NCBI GenBank assembly: GCA_963845535.1 | Contig: CAWJSK010000016.1 | Location: 1 to 64,000 of the forward strand | DNA from: an uncultured Spirochaetota bacterium | GTDB lineage: Bacteria > Spirochaetota > Spirochaetia > SZUA-6 > Fen-1364 | Direction: 5' to 3' | Length of the DNA stretch: 64,000 nt | Shown: positions 19,857 through 29,638 of the stretch, one piece after another | Numbering within the stretch: the first letter of the stretch is position 1 | Layout: each line of letters starts with the position of its first letter | The notes under the pieces: generated by a model | The model's input: only the letters and a program-made list of their open reading frames with translations | The model's database searches: none | Told to the model about the DNA's origin: nothing | Translations under genes and position numbers: made by a program

Positions 19857-20114
19857 ATGGCGAAACGATCGAAGGTCCTGGTCGTCAATCAGGACTGGTG
19901 CAAAGGCTGCAACATCTGTGTGGCGTTTTGTCCGCAAGACGTCCTGGAGCTTGATTCGAACGAAAAGGTTGTCGTCGCCCGCGTCGAAGCGTGCACCTAC
20001 TGCGGATTATGTGAGCTGCGGTGCCCTGATTTCGCCATTGCGGTGCAGGATGCAGGCGCGCCAATCGCCGCCTCGGTGGAATCGGAAGCCCGGCAGGAGA
20101 GCTCCGAGCTATGA
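19857..20114 (+). CDS. korD: 2x[4Fe-4S] ferredoxin, delta subunit of 2-oxoacid oxidoreductase
   Basis: CKGCNICVAFCP and CTYCGLCELRCPDFAI; overlaps alpha subunit start. Confidence 0.88.
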   Translation: MAKRSKVLVVNQDWCKGCNICVAFCPQDVLELDSNEKVVVARVEACTYCGLCELRCPDFAIAVQDAGAPIAASVESEARQESSEL

Positions 20115-21280
20115 GCGCGCCACTGAGGAAGACCTCGGCGGATGTGCGCTTCCTTCAGGGCAACGAAGTCTGCGCCGAGGCTGCGGTCTACGCGGGACTC
20201 CGCTTCTTCGCCGGCTATCCCATCACCCCCTCCACGGAGATCGCGGAGCGCCTCTCTGAACGTCTTCCCAAAATCGGCGGGAACTTCATTCAAATGGAAG
20301 ACGAGATCGGCAGTCTGTGCGCGGTGATCGGGGCGTCCTTGACGGGCGCCAAGGCAATGACGGCGACAAGCGGACCGGGATTCTCGCTCATGCAGGAAGC
20401 CGTGGGTTTTGCCGCAATGGCCGAAATTCCGTGCGTCATCATCAACGTGCAGCGCGGCGGACCGTCCACCGGCTTGCCCACGCGGGCCGCGCAGGGTGAC
20501 GTGATGCAGGCCCGGTGGGGAACCCACGGCGACCATGCCATTATCGCCCTCACCGCGAGCAATCACCAGGACCTCTTCCGCATCGTGGTCGACGCGTTCA
20601 ACTTTTCCGAGGTTTTTCGAAGCCCGGTTGTCGTGCTCCTGGACGAGGTTGTGGGTCACATGAGGGAGAAGATCCGCATGCCCGCGCCGGGGGAAATCGA
20701 GCTTTCGGAAAGGCTGACGACATCGGTCCCGCGAGGGGTCGACTATCACCCGTATTATCCGCGGGAGGACGGAAGGCTCCCCATGTCCGATTTCGGAGGG
20801 GTGCATCGCTACAACGTCACCGGCCTCGTCCACGACATGTGGGGTTTTCCTTCAGATCGCCCCGAAGTGGCAAACGACCTGGTCCACCACCTGGTAAACA
20901 AGATCGAGAACCGGACGGAGTCCTTGCTGCGTTATCGGGAATACCATCTGGATGACGCAGACACCGTTCTTGTTTCCTATGGCTCATCCGCGCGAAGCGC
21001 GCTGCACATCATGGAGAACAGGCGCGCGGTGGGGATGCGGATCGGCCTCCTCGAGCTGCAGACCTTGTGGCCGTTTCCGGAAGAGCTGGTGAGACAGAAG
21101 TGCCGAAATGCCCGCTTTGTCATTGTCGTGGAGATGAACATGGGCCAGATTGTGCGGGAGGTCAAAGCCGCCGTCGACAATCCTCAAGCCGTGTTTCTGG
21201 CCAACCGCGTTGATGGGACCATGATCACCCCCACGGACATCAAGAACGTGATGCGCATCATCGAAGGCAAGGGGGTGTGA
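20111..21280 (+). CDS. korA: 2-oxoacid:ferredoxin oxidoreductase alpha subunit
   Basis: FAGYPITPSTE, QMEDEI, TATSGPGFSLMQE, QRGGPSTGLPT; substrate not determinable. Confidence 0.93.
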   Translation: MSAPLRKTSADVRFLQGNEVCAEAAVYAGLRFFAGYPITPSTEIAERLSERLPKIGGNFIQMEDEIGSLCAVIGASLTGAKAMTATSGPGFSLMQEAVGFAAMAEIPCVIINVQRGGPSTGLPTRAAQGDVMQARWGTHGDHAIIALTASNHQDLFRIVVDAFNFSEVFRSPVVVLLDEVVGHMREKIRMPAPGEIELSERLTTSVPRGVDYHPYYPREDGRLPMSDFGGVHRYNVTGLVHDMWGFPSDRPEVANDLVHHLVNKIENRTESLLRYREYHLDDADTVLVSYGSSARSALHIMENRRAVGMRIGLLELQTLWPFPEELVRQKCRNARFVIVVEMNMGQIVREVKAAVDNPQAVFLANRVDGTMITPTDIKNVMRIIEGKGV

Positions 21281-21281
21281 C

Positions 21282-22097
21282 GTGCCGGTAACCGGTTTTC
21301 TGCGGACACGGTTCATGCCGCACATCTGGTGTCCCGGATGCGGTCATGGCATTGTTCTCGGCGCGCTGTTGCGCGCGGTGGAAAGAATGCAGCTCGACCG
21401 CAACAACGTGGTGATGGTCTCCGGGATAGGCTGCTCTTCACGGATCGAAGGGTATGCGGACTTCCATACCCTTCACACGCTTCACGGGCGCGCGCTTGCC
21501 TTCGCCACGGGAGTGAAGCTTGCCCGCCCTGAGCTCACGATCCTTGTGCCCATGGGGGACGGTGACGCCCTTGCCATCGGCGGAAACCACTTCATCCATG
21601 CCGCGCGCAGGAACATCGACCTGACCGCCATCATCATGAACAACCTGACGTACGGAATGACCGGCGGCCAGTCCTCTCCTCTGTCCGGGTGCGGGGAGTA
21701 CGCCACCACTGCGCCGTATGGAAATCTTGATCGTCCGTTTGATGCCGTGGAGCTTGCCACGGCTGCGGGCGCCACCTTCGTCGCGCGGTCCACAACCTAT
21801 CATGCGCAGGAGCTTTCGCGCATTCTCGAGCGGGCAATCAAGCACAAAGGCTTCTCCGTTGTGGAGGTCCTCTCTCAGTGTCCGACCTATTATGGAAGGA
21901 AGAACGATAAGGGAAGCGCGGTGGAGATGCTGAAATGGTATCGCGATAACTCCGTTCCCGTGTCCGCCACGGGAGATACTGACGGAAAAGTGAGAATCGG
22001 CGTGTTCCTCGACATCGAAAGGCCGGAATACACCGCCTCCTACGCGGCCATGGCAACTGAGGCCGCGCACGGGGCAGGCGTTGAGAGCAGAAGATGA
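21282..22097 (+). CDS. korB: 2-oxoacid:ferredoxin oxidoreductase beta subunit
   Basis: WCPGCG, SGIGCS, HGRA, GDGD..IGGNH TPP motif, YGMTGGQ. Confidence 0.93.
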   Translation: MPVTGFLRTRFMPHIWCPGCGHGIVLGALLRAVERMQLDRNNVVMVSGIGCSSRIEGYADFHTLHTLHGRALAFATGVKLARPELTILVPMGDGDALAIGGNHFIHAARRNIDLTAIIMNNLTYGMTGGQSSPLSGCGEYATTAPYGNLDRPFDAVELATAAGATFVARSTTYHAQELSRILERAIKHKGFSVVEVLSQCPTYYGRKNDKGSAVEMLKWYRDNSVPVSATGDTDGKVRIGVFLDIERPEYTASYAAMATEAAHGAGVESRR

Positions 22098-22642
22098 TTA
22101 CACGATTCGTTTTCTCCGGCACCGGCGGGCAGGGCATCATCACCGGCGCCATCGTCCTTGCCGAAGCCGCCATCCACTACGAGGGCCTCGAGGCTGTGCA
22201 GACGCAGAGCTACGGAGCGGAGGCACGAGGCGGCGCAGCGCGCGCGGACCTCATCATTGCGACAGACCCCATCAAGTTCCCCAAGGTCACGCAACCGAAT
22301 GTGCTCGTGTGCCTGAGTCAGGTTTCCTTTGACAAGTACTCCTGGATCGTCAGGCCGGGCGGCTTCGTGCTTATCGATCCTCACTTCGCGCATCGACGCA
22401 ACGAGCTCAACGCTCGGTGTATCGAGATCCCCATGCACTCGAGCATCCTCGCGGCGCAGCACAGCGCGCAGAACCTGAATCTCTGCATGCTGGGGGCCCT
22501 GACCGGGCTTATCGACTTCGTTTCCACCGAATCACTGACGGAAGCCGTGCGTGTGAGGTTCGAGAAGCGGGGGGTGGCGTCAGCGCTCCAAGCAGTCGAG
22601 ATTGGCCGTTCGCTGGTGCATGAGACGGTCGACGTGTTCTAG
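22094..22642 (+). CDS. korC: 2-oxoacid:ferredoxin oxidoreductase gamma subunit
   Basis: SGTGGQG, QSYGAEARGG, NLCMLGA. Confidence 0.9.
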   Translation: MITRFVFSGTGGQGIITGAIVLAEAAIHYEGLEAVQTQSYGAEARGGAARADLIIATDPIKFPKVTQPNVLVCLSQVSFDKYSWIVRPGGFVLIDPHFAHRRNELNARCIEIPMHSSILAAQHSAQNLNLCMLGALTGLIDFVSTESLTEAVRVRFEKRGVASALQAVEIGRSLVHETVDVF

Positions 22643-24795
22643 GGGGCCCGGTCGAGGATCTCGCGGACCCGCTCCGCAAGGGCCTCGCCGGTGAATGGCT
22701 TCAGAATCAGCTCCATTTCCTGCGATCTCTTGATGTACGTACTGACGACCTCTTTCGGATATCCGGACATGAACAGCGCTTTCAGCTCCGGCAACCGCTC
22801 TCGGAGACGGTCGTGCAGATCGGTTCCGTTCATTCGCGGCATTACGACATCAGTCACCAGAACGTGAACCTCTTTACCGTACTCCGAGAAGACCTGCAAG
22901 GCGGACACACCGTCAGGGGCCTCCAGTATGTTGTATCCAAGGCTTCGAAGGTGCTGTGAGAGCATCATGCGAATGGGCGCCTCGTCTTCGACGAGCAGGA
23001 CCGTTTCCGTGCCCGAAGAGGCAGGCACGGGCAACGAGGGCCGCGCCTCTTCAAGGGGCGCTTCAATCCGCGGGAAGTAGATCGTGAATCGAGTCCCCGC
23101 GTGCGGGTTGCTTTCAACTTCTATTGTTCCGTTATGCTGCTTCACGAGACCGTATGCGCTGAAGAGCCCCAACCCCGTCCCTTTCCCCTGTTCTTTGGTG
23201 GTGAAGAAGGGGGTGAAAATCTTCCCCAAAGTTTCAGCGGCCATGCCTTCTCCGGTGTCATCAAAGGTGAGCCGGATGTAGCGGCCCGGCGGAAGGTCTT
23301 CACGACGCCGCGTAGCCGCCCCGCCCAGGACCACTTCGGTCGTCGCAATCTCGATCCGTCCTTCCCGGGGAATCGCGTCCTGCGCGTTCGATGCAAGGTT
23401 CAGAAGGATCTGCTCTATTCGCCCGGGGTCGGCGGCGACAGGGCACGGAGAGGAAGAAAGGCGGTAGTCGATGGTGATGTTTTCCCGAAGCGCCTGGCGG
23501 AGGATTGTGCCGCATTCCCTCACCACCGAGTTGAGGTCCAGCGGCCTGAGCTTCAACACCTGCTGCCTGCCCAGGGAGAGGAGCTGGCTGACCAGCTCAC
23601 GCGAGCGGCCGCTCGCCTTGATGATTTCAAGCACCGAGGAGGTGGCCGGGTTCCCCGACACCTCAGCTTTCAGCAGGTCCGCGTGCCCCAGGATGATCGT
23701 GAGGAGGTTGTTGAAGTTGTGAGCAACTCCGCCGGCAAGGATTCCCAGTCCTTCCAGTTTCTGCGACGCGGCCACGCGTCGCTCCAGATCCAGGCGCTCC
23801 GCCTCAGCCTTCTTGCGCTCCGAGATATCCACGATCACCTCGGCCACCAGCCATTTCCCGGAATCGTCCTGGTAGGGCAGAGCAGTGATCTGCGTTGGTC
23901 GGTTGTTTTCGTGGGGCAGCATTTGCTCCAGGACCTGGATTGTATGGGTCTTCAAGGCTTTCTGCATTGCGCAATCGTCGCACAGCGTGGATCTTCCGCG
24001 GAAATATTCGTAGCAGACCCTGCCTTTCGGGTTGCCCATGACCTTCTGCCGGGCGGGATCCACGTACTGTACGACGTAGTCTTCATCGATAATGTCGAAC
24101 CCCGTCCGCGTTGTCGCTATGACGAACTCCAGCCGCTTCAAGGCAGCTTCACGATCTGCTTCCAGGCGTTTGCGCGCGTTCTCCGCTCGACTCAGCTCCG
24201 CGCGGACCCTGAACTCCTTTGCACTCGACTTTTCCTGGAACAAAGCGAGAAATGAAAGCACGAGGGCCATTGCCGTGGGGTTGGAAATCAGCCACAGCTT
24301 TTCCATCTGGGTCAGAGACGGGGCGGTCGCGATATGAATGCTCATCAGCGCGAGCGGCGGAAGGAGGATAGCGGGAAGGTACTTGCGCGCGCCCGCGGCA
24401 AACGCGAAGTCAGCAAAGATGCAGATGATAAGGGAGGAAATGAGCGCGGTCTTCCCGAAGGGAGGGAAGTCAGGCCGGGTTGCCAGGTCCGCGCTGATCC
24501 CGGCCATCATGATGATCAGCCCGGCAAGCTGTACGGTATGGAAGGGGATGGCGAGGCGTTGGCGGCTCGGAAACAGGAACAGGGCGTACACCAGAAAGAG
24601 GACAGCGGGAACGAGCGCCCCAATCCTCCACCAGAAAATGCCGTGCAGCGGCGGTGTAATGGAATCGAGGCACATGAACCCGAACAGCAGCGGGACCAGG
24701 ATCAGGCTCATGGCGAGCCCGAGGTTCCGGGTCTTTGTGCTGGCTTCCATGAAGTACGCACGGTCACCCATGTCTTGAGTATCGGGGAGATTCAC
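22639..24795 (-). CDS. Membrane hybrid histidine kinase (TM region, PAS, HisKA, HATPase, REC)
   Basis: AHNFNNLL H-box, LNLASNA, DTGEG, FTTKEQGKGTGLGL, VEDE..TDVVMP receiver. Confidence 0.92.
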   Translation of the reverse strand: MNLPDTQDMGDRAYFMEASTKTRNLGLAMSLILVPLLFGFMCLDSITPPLHGIFWWRIGALVPAVLFLVYALFLFPSRQRLAIPFHTVQLAGLIIMMAGISADLATRPDFPPFGKTALISSLIICIFADFAFAAGARKYLPAILLPPLALMSIHIATAPSLTQMEKLWLISNPTAMALVLSFLALFQEKSSAKEFRVRAELSRAENARKRLEADREAALKRLEFVIATTRTGFDIIDEDYVVQYVDPARQKVMGNPKGRVCYEYFRGRSTLCDDCAMQKALKTHTIQVLEQMLPHENNRPTQITALPYQDDSGKWLVAEVIVDISERKKAEAERLDLERRVAASQKLEGLGILAGGVAHNFNNLLTIILGHADLLKAEVSGNPATSSVLEIIKASGRSRELVSQLLSLGRQQVLKLRPLDLNSVVRECGTILRQALRENITIDYRLSSSPCPVAADPGRIEQILLNLASNAQDAIPREGRIEIATTEVVLGGAATRRREDLPPGRYIRLTFDDTGEGMAAETLGKIFTPFFTTKEQGKGTGLGLFSAYGLVKQHNGTIEVESNPHAGTRFTIYFPRIEAPLEEARPSLPVPASSGTETVLLVEDEAPIRMMLSQHLRSLGYNILEAPDGVSALQVFSEYGKEVHVLVTDVVMPRMNGTDLHDRLRERLPELKALFMSGYPKEVVSTYIKRSQEMELILKPFTGEALAERVREILDRAP

Positions 24796-26111
24796 TCGTG
24801 CATGAAATAGCGGACGACCCGGTTATTGAGCATGTCCGCCACATAGATGTGCTTCTCGGCATCCACCGCAACCGCCCAGGGATGGCTGAACTGGCTGAAG
24901 GCATTCGAGAGCGAGGTCCATTGCGCGCCCTTCATGTCGTCAATGCGCACGATCCTGTCGTTGATCATGTCGGCAACGAAGATGCGCCCCGCGGTGTCGA
25001 GGGCGATGCCCGCCGGGTAGTCGAATTGATTCGTGCCGTCCCCGCGGCTGCCGAAAGTCGTCCATTTCGATCCCGTCATGTCATTCATGCGGATGATCCG
25101 CGAGTTCGCATAATCTGACACGTAGATGCGCCCCGCGGAATCAAGGGCAATCCCGGCGGGGTTCTTGAGCTGATCCGCGGGGTCCGCCCCGCCCCGGCAC
25201 ACGGTCCACCCCGTCCCGCCCAGGTCGTTCATGCGGACTACCCTGCTGTTTCCCTGGTCTGCCACGTACACGCGGCCGTTCGCGTCGAGGGCAATCCCCG
25301 CGGGATTGGCAAACTGTCCGGCGCCGCTGCCGCGGCTGCCAACGGCGACCCAACCCGAGCCGTTCATGTCACCGACGCGGACAATTCGGTTGTTGCCGGA
25401 ATCCGCGACATAGATGCGCCCTTCGGCATCCAGGGCGACCCCCGAGGGGTTCTTGAGCCCGTTGATCCCGTCGCCAAAATGGCCGAAGGCGGTCCAATGC
25501 GAACCGCTCATGTCATCCACGCGGACGATCCGGCTGGCTCCCTGATCCGCGACGTAGATGCGTCCCTTGGCGTCAAGCGCCACTCCCGCGGGGTACTGCA
25601 GCCCCTGCGCGCTGCCGCCCGTGGAACCAATGGTCTGCCACCCAAAGTTGATGATGTAGTTCGCCGTTTCCACGGTGGATTCGGCCAACCCGGCTTTGAT
25701 TGCGACGGCCTTGATTGTTTCATTCGTTCCATCCCCGGTGACTTCGATGGGGGCGGTGTACAATCGCGAAGAGGCCGTTGGAGCAGAGCCATCACTGGTA
25801 TAGTGGATTGCCGCCTCCGACGTCGGGCACGTAATGGTTACCGACACGTCAGCCGAATATACGCCGGGAGCGGGGCTGATGGACGGAGGTGAAACGCTTT
25901 CCGGGCGATTGTCGCCGGAGACCACCGCGGACTGGGACGTCGAGCCGTTCTGCGTGGCGCTCGACGCCGTTTCAGCGGTAGCCGGCGTGCTCGGGGTCGT
26001 GGGAGAGGTCGTCGTGCTCGTTGTCGTCTGGCCCGGTTGCTGGCAGCTTGCAAGCCAGACGCCCAGGAGGCCGGTCAGGACCAGGAGGAAGAACCGCGTT
26101 CTCTTGAACAC
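24792..26111 (-). CDS. NHL-repeat lipoprotein with Fn3-associated (chitobiase C-terminal-like) domain
   Basis: Lipobox LASC, S/T-rich linker, IHYTSDGSAPT, six P-x-G-[IV]-A-[LV]-D..IYVAD repeats; GTG start 6 nt after TACAAT. Confidence 0.85.
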   Translation of the reverse strand: MFKRTRFFLLVLTGLLGVWLASCQQPGQTTTSTTTSPTTPSTPATAETASSATQNGSTSQSAVVSGDNRPESVSPPSISPAPGVYSADVSVTITCPTSEAAIHYTSDGSAPTASSRLYTAPIEVTGDGTNETIKAVAIKAGLAESTVETANYIINFGWQTIGSTGGSAQGLQYPAGVALDAKGRIYVADQGASRIVRVDDMSGSHWTAFGHFGDGINGLKNPSGVALDAEGRIYVADSGNNRIVRVGDMNGSGWVAVGSRGSGAGQFANPAGIALDANGRVYVADQGNSRVVRMNDLGGTGWTVCRGGADPADQLKNPAGIALDSAGRIYVSDYANSRIIRMNDMTGSKWTTFGSRGDGTNQFDYPAGIALDTAGRIFVADMINDRIVRIDDMKGAQWTSLSNAFSQFSHPWAVAVDAEKHIYVADMLNNRVVRYFMHE

Positions 26112-26202
26112 GCGCGGATTGTAGCACGGCACCTTATGTTTTCTCCATGCTGACCAGCCGCCAACGCACGGGCCGGCCATGAGAGCCGCCCTGGCCACCC
26201 TG

Positions 26203-27000
26203 TCATTTTTCGAAGAAGCCCCCGATGATGTTCCCGCCTTCGCGGATGGCCGCTTCCTGGATCTTCTTCCTCTCGATGGGCAGCCATTCCTCAAGGGCCT
26301 GGAGCCCGGGCGGGCACACCTTCCAGTCGCCCATGAGCTCGACGAGCCGCTTCCGGCTGCGCCGATAGATGGGTTGCTTCACCTGGGTATAGAAGGTATC
26401 AAGCTGACTGGAGACTTCCGTCCATACGTCGACGTTCGTGTCACACAAGAAGAGCTTCGACCCCGTCCCCGCCCAATCGTAGAGCACCTTCATGGTGTGG
26501 GAGATCTCTTCGTCCGAGAGGAACCAGGCAATACCGTTGAACCCAAAGGCCACTTTTCTCTGGGATCCCAGCAGTCTCTTCACCTCGTCCAATTCGAGGA
26601 GCTTCTCCGGCTGGCTTGCGTCACACGCCACGAAGGCGACATTGGCGTAGTCCTTGATGACGTCCTGCGCGTAGCTCACCGTGACCGGGTCTATGTCCGA
26701 GTAGATCACCACGCAGGTTTGCGGCACGACATGGTGGATGTGGTCCACCGTGGGGAGGCCGGAAGCGAAGTCGACGAAATGCGTGAACCCCTCGTTGATG
26801 AGCCGATAGACGGCTTCATTGAGGAACCATCGGATCAGGCGCACCCACTGCGGCATGGAAGGCACGGCGTGCAGGAGGCCCTGCGCGGCGGCGCGATCGA
26901 TCTCGAAGTTGTGGTTTCCTCCGAGCAGATAATCGTAGATCCGCCCCGCGTTGGGCTGGCTTGCGTCAGCGACTGACACTGGCTTGCGTTCGGCTGCCAT
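26203..27000 (-). CDS. SAM-dependent methyltransferase, Methyltransf_19 (DUF574) type
   Basis: PNAGRIYDYLLGGNHNFEIDR, FVDFASGLPT..HIH, YSDIDPV; SD GGAG. Confidence 0.87.
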   Translation of the reverse strand: MAAERKPVSVADASQPNAGRIYDYLLGGNHNFEIDRAAAQGLLHAVPSMPQWVRLIRWFLNEAVYRLINEGFTHFVDFASGLPTVDHIHHVVPQTCVVIYSDIDPVTVSYAQDVIKDYANVAFVACDASQPEKLLELDEVKRLLGSQRKVAFGFNGIAWFLSDEEISHTMKVLYDWAGTGSKLFLCDTNVDVWTEVSSQLDTFYTQVKQPIYRRSRKRLVELMGDWKVCPPGLQALEEWLPIERKKIQEAAIREGGNIIGGFFEK

Positions 27001-27113
27001 AGGCACGCTCCTTCCCTGGCGGCGGGCTCCATGATCGGGTGTCCCGTATCGAGTATTGTGGAATGCGATGCTGTTTGCAAGGCGCGCCGGTTCCCCGTGC
27101 CGGCTCCCCGCCC

Positions 27114-29078
27114 CTATCCCGTTCTCCCAAGGGCGTTCTGCACCTTGGCAACGAGCGTCCACTGGTTGAATGGCTTCTCGATGATCCCCAGGGCGCCCTC
27201 GGAGAGAAGCTCCTGGGCCGAGCTGTCGAAGATGTGACCGGTGACGATAAGCACGCGCGCGCGCGGGTCCGCTTCCAGCAGGAGCCGCAGGCATTCCCGG
27301 CCGCCCATGCCCGGCATGACGAAGTCCAGCACCACGATCTCCACCCCCGACCCATTCCCGAACCGCCGCAGCGCCTCTTCCCCGTCCCGCGCGCCGACAA
27401 CGGCATACCCGCAGCCTTCGAGGATCCTCGTAATGACTTCCCGCACCTGCGGATCATCATCCACAACCAGAACGGTCCCGTGCCCGGGTGAACGGCCGGA
27501 CTCCACGCGCTCCCGACCCGGGGCCTCGACGCGCCGTTCGGTCAACGGCAGGAACACTTCGAACGCGGATCCTTTTCCGACCTCGCTCGCGACGTCCAGG
27601 AATCCATGATGCCCGGCAACAATTCCATAGACGACGGCGAGCCCCAGACCCGTGCCGCTGCGCGCCGCCTTTGTAGTCACGAACGGGATGAAGAGCCTCT
27701 CCATGAGCTCCGGCGGGATCCCAATGCCGCTGTCGCAGACCTTCAACGAAACAAACTTCCCGGGCCGTCCGTTCACGTACCGCGCAGCCTCCGCCTCGGA
27801 CAGTTGGACCGTCGAGGTTGCAATGGAGAGGCGGCCGGCCGTGAGCCTTCCGCCCGAATCCATCATGGCATCACGGGCGTTCATGCACAGGTTGACGAGG
27901 ACCTGGCTCACCTGGTTGGGGTCCGCCTCGATGTTCACGGCGGAAGGGGAAAGGGAAAGCTCGATTACGATCTGCAGCGGGAACGTGTGCTTGATGAGCT
28001 GCAGGGTCTCCCGGACCACGTCGTTCAGGGAAACGATCTGGAGCGAGCCGGCGGCCTGCCGCGTGAAGAAGCGAAGCTGGCTGGTCAGCGCCGTGCCCCT
28101 GTCCACCGCGGCGTTGATCTGCATCAGGTCCCGGTACAGGCCGCCCTCCCGAGGGGCGTCGATCAGGAGCAGCTGCAGGTAGCCGCTGATGGCGGCAAGC
28201 AGGTTGTTGAAGTCGTGAGCAATCCCGCCCGCAAGCTGCCCGAGCGCTTCCATCTTCTGCGCCTGGATGACCTGCGTCTGCAGCCGCTTTCTCTCCGTGA
28301 CGTCGATGAAAGAGGTCATGATGCCGACGGCCTGATCCAGCTCGTCGCAGATGACGGACGCGGAAAGCTCGATGTTGAGATTGCTCTGGTCCTTGCGCCG
28401 CGCAATAAGCTCCCCGCGCCAGCCGCCGGACCGGGGGAGAGTGGCCAGCAGCTTCTTGGCATCCTCACCGACCCAGAAATCCTCGAAGCTCGCGCCCATC
28501 ACCTCCTCCGCGGACGCGAAGCCCCAGAGCGTGAGGAAGGAAGGGTTCACGTACGTGACCTTGCCGTGGAGGTCCGTGAGCATGATCCCGTTGATCGAGG
28601 TGTTGATGGCATGGTCTTTGATCAGAAGCTCATGGCCCTGGCTCTGAAGCGCCGCGGAAAGGGCGCGGCGGAGCTGCTCCTGGTCCGAAAGGACCTGGGA
28701 CTCCCGGGCTTTCATGAAGCCTTCAAGAAGCGGGGACGTGAACGAACCAACGGCGTTCTCCCAGGACGCTGCGGACCGGGCGTCGCTGGCGAGATGCTGG
28801 ATGCAGAAGCGATGCAGGGCGGACGCGAGGAGGACGATGGTCTTCTCCGCCATTCCTTCCCGCGCAATGGCCTGGCCATAGGCCAACGCTTCATCTCGGT
28901 CCGGTGAATCCATGAAGCGGCACAGAATGTCCGCCATTTCGGCCCCGAGGGTCGCGAGCCGCCTTGGGTGAAGCGTGTAGGAGTTATCGAACGCGCCTTC
29001 CCTCAGCTGGGCAACGAGAACAGCTGCCAGGTCATCCCGTTTCTGTCGAAGCAAGGCGGCAAGCTGATTCACGGTCAT
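27114..29078 (-). CDS. Cytoplasmic hybrid histidine kinase (helical RsbRD_N/globin-like domain, PAS, HisKA, HATPase, REC)
   Basis: AHDFNNLL, VNLCMNARDAM, DSGIG, GTGLGL, VDDD..LDFVMP; N-terminal domain call is tentative. Confidence 0.9.
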   Translation of the reverse strand: MTVNQLAALLRQKRDDLAAVLVAQLREGAFDNSYTLHPRRLATLGAEMADILCRFMDSPDRDEALAYGQAIAREGMAEKTIVLLASALHRFCIQHLASDARSAASWENAVGSFTSPLLEGFMKARESQVLSDQEQLRRALSAALQSQGHELLIKDHAINTSINGIMLTDLHGKVTYVNPSFLTLWGFASAEEVMGASFEDFWVGEDAKKLLATLPRSGGWRGELIARRKDQSNLNIELSASVICDELDQAVGIMTSFIDVTERKRLQTQVIQAQKMEALGQLAGGIAHDFNNLLAAISGYLQLLLIDAPREGGLYRDLMQINAAVDRGTALTSQLRFFTRQAAGSLQIVSLNDVVRETLQLIKHTFPLQIVIELSLSPSAVNIEADPNQVSQVLVNLCMNARDAMMDSGGRLTAGRLSIATSTVQLSEAEAARYVNGRPGKFVSLKVCDSGIGIPPELMERLFIPFVTTKAARSGTGLGLAVVYGIVAGHHGFLDVASEVGKGSAFEVFLPLTERRVEAPGRERVESGRSPGHGTVLVVDDDPQVREVITRILEGCGYAVVGARDGEEALRRFGNGSGVEIVVLDFVMPGMGGRECLRLLLEADPRARVLIVTGHIFDSSAQELLSEGALGIIEKPFNQWTLVAKVQNALGRTG

Positions 29079-29169
29079 CCCGTCTGAAGTATCGCGGAAA
29101 ATGCACGTTCAAGCAACTTCGACGAACGGGGACGACGAACGGGGATTTGACTCCGCTCACACCCGCGTC

Positions 29170-29634
29170 CTACGCCTTCCCGGCCATTGCCTCCGTGCTG
29201 ATTCTGGAGAGGCCTCCGACAAGGAACGTGGCGTCGATGATCGTGGTAGTGCAGGTGGGCACCCTGATTTCAATGGTTCGAGCGCGCTGGAGGAGGGCAA
29301 GAAAAGCGCACTGACCGGTTTCCTCGAGGAACACCCCTTTGTGGTCCTCAGTCTCCTCCCAGACCTGGTTGACGGTGGTGCCGTCATCAAGGCGGACGGA
29401 GACGGTTGCGCACCAGCCGGAGTCGATTGCCGCGTCGCAGTCGAGACGAAACATCACGTGCTGGTTTCCCATGAAGTCCACGGAAAGCATCCCGTTCCCG
29501 GTGACGGCCTGCGTGAACGCATACTTCTCACCTGAGCTGCCTTCGACGATGTGCCAGGCGCTCTCCGCCTTCCCTGCGCCGAACAAAGCCGTTGTGACAA
29601 GGATTCCAATAGCCGCGCAAAGAGCCTGTTTCAT
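29170..29634 (-). CDS. Hypothetical secreted protein
   Basis: Signal-peptide-like MKQALCAAIGILVTTALFG; beta-rich mature part with 4 Cys. Confidence 0.65.
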   Translation of the reverse strand: MKQALCAAIGILVTTALFGAGKAESAWHIVEGSSGEKYAFTQAVTGNGMLSVDFMGNQHVMFRLDCDAAIDSGWCATVSVRLDDGTTVNQVWEETEDHKGVFLEETGQCAFLALLQRARTIEIRVPTCTTTIIDATFLVGGLSRISTEAMAGKA

Positions 29635-29638
29635 CCAG

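Noticed and set aside
19857..22642. korDABC-type operon as a novelty
   Set aside because: Standard four-subunit oxidoreductase of anaerobes.
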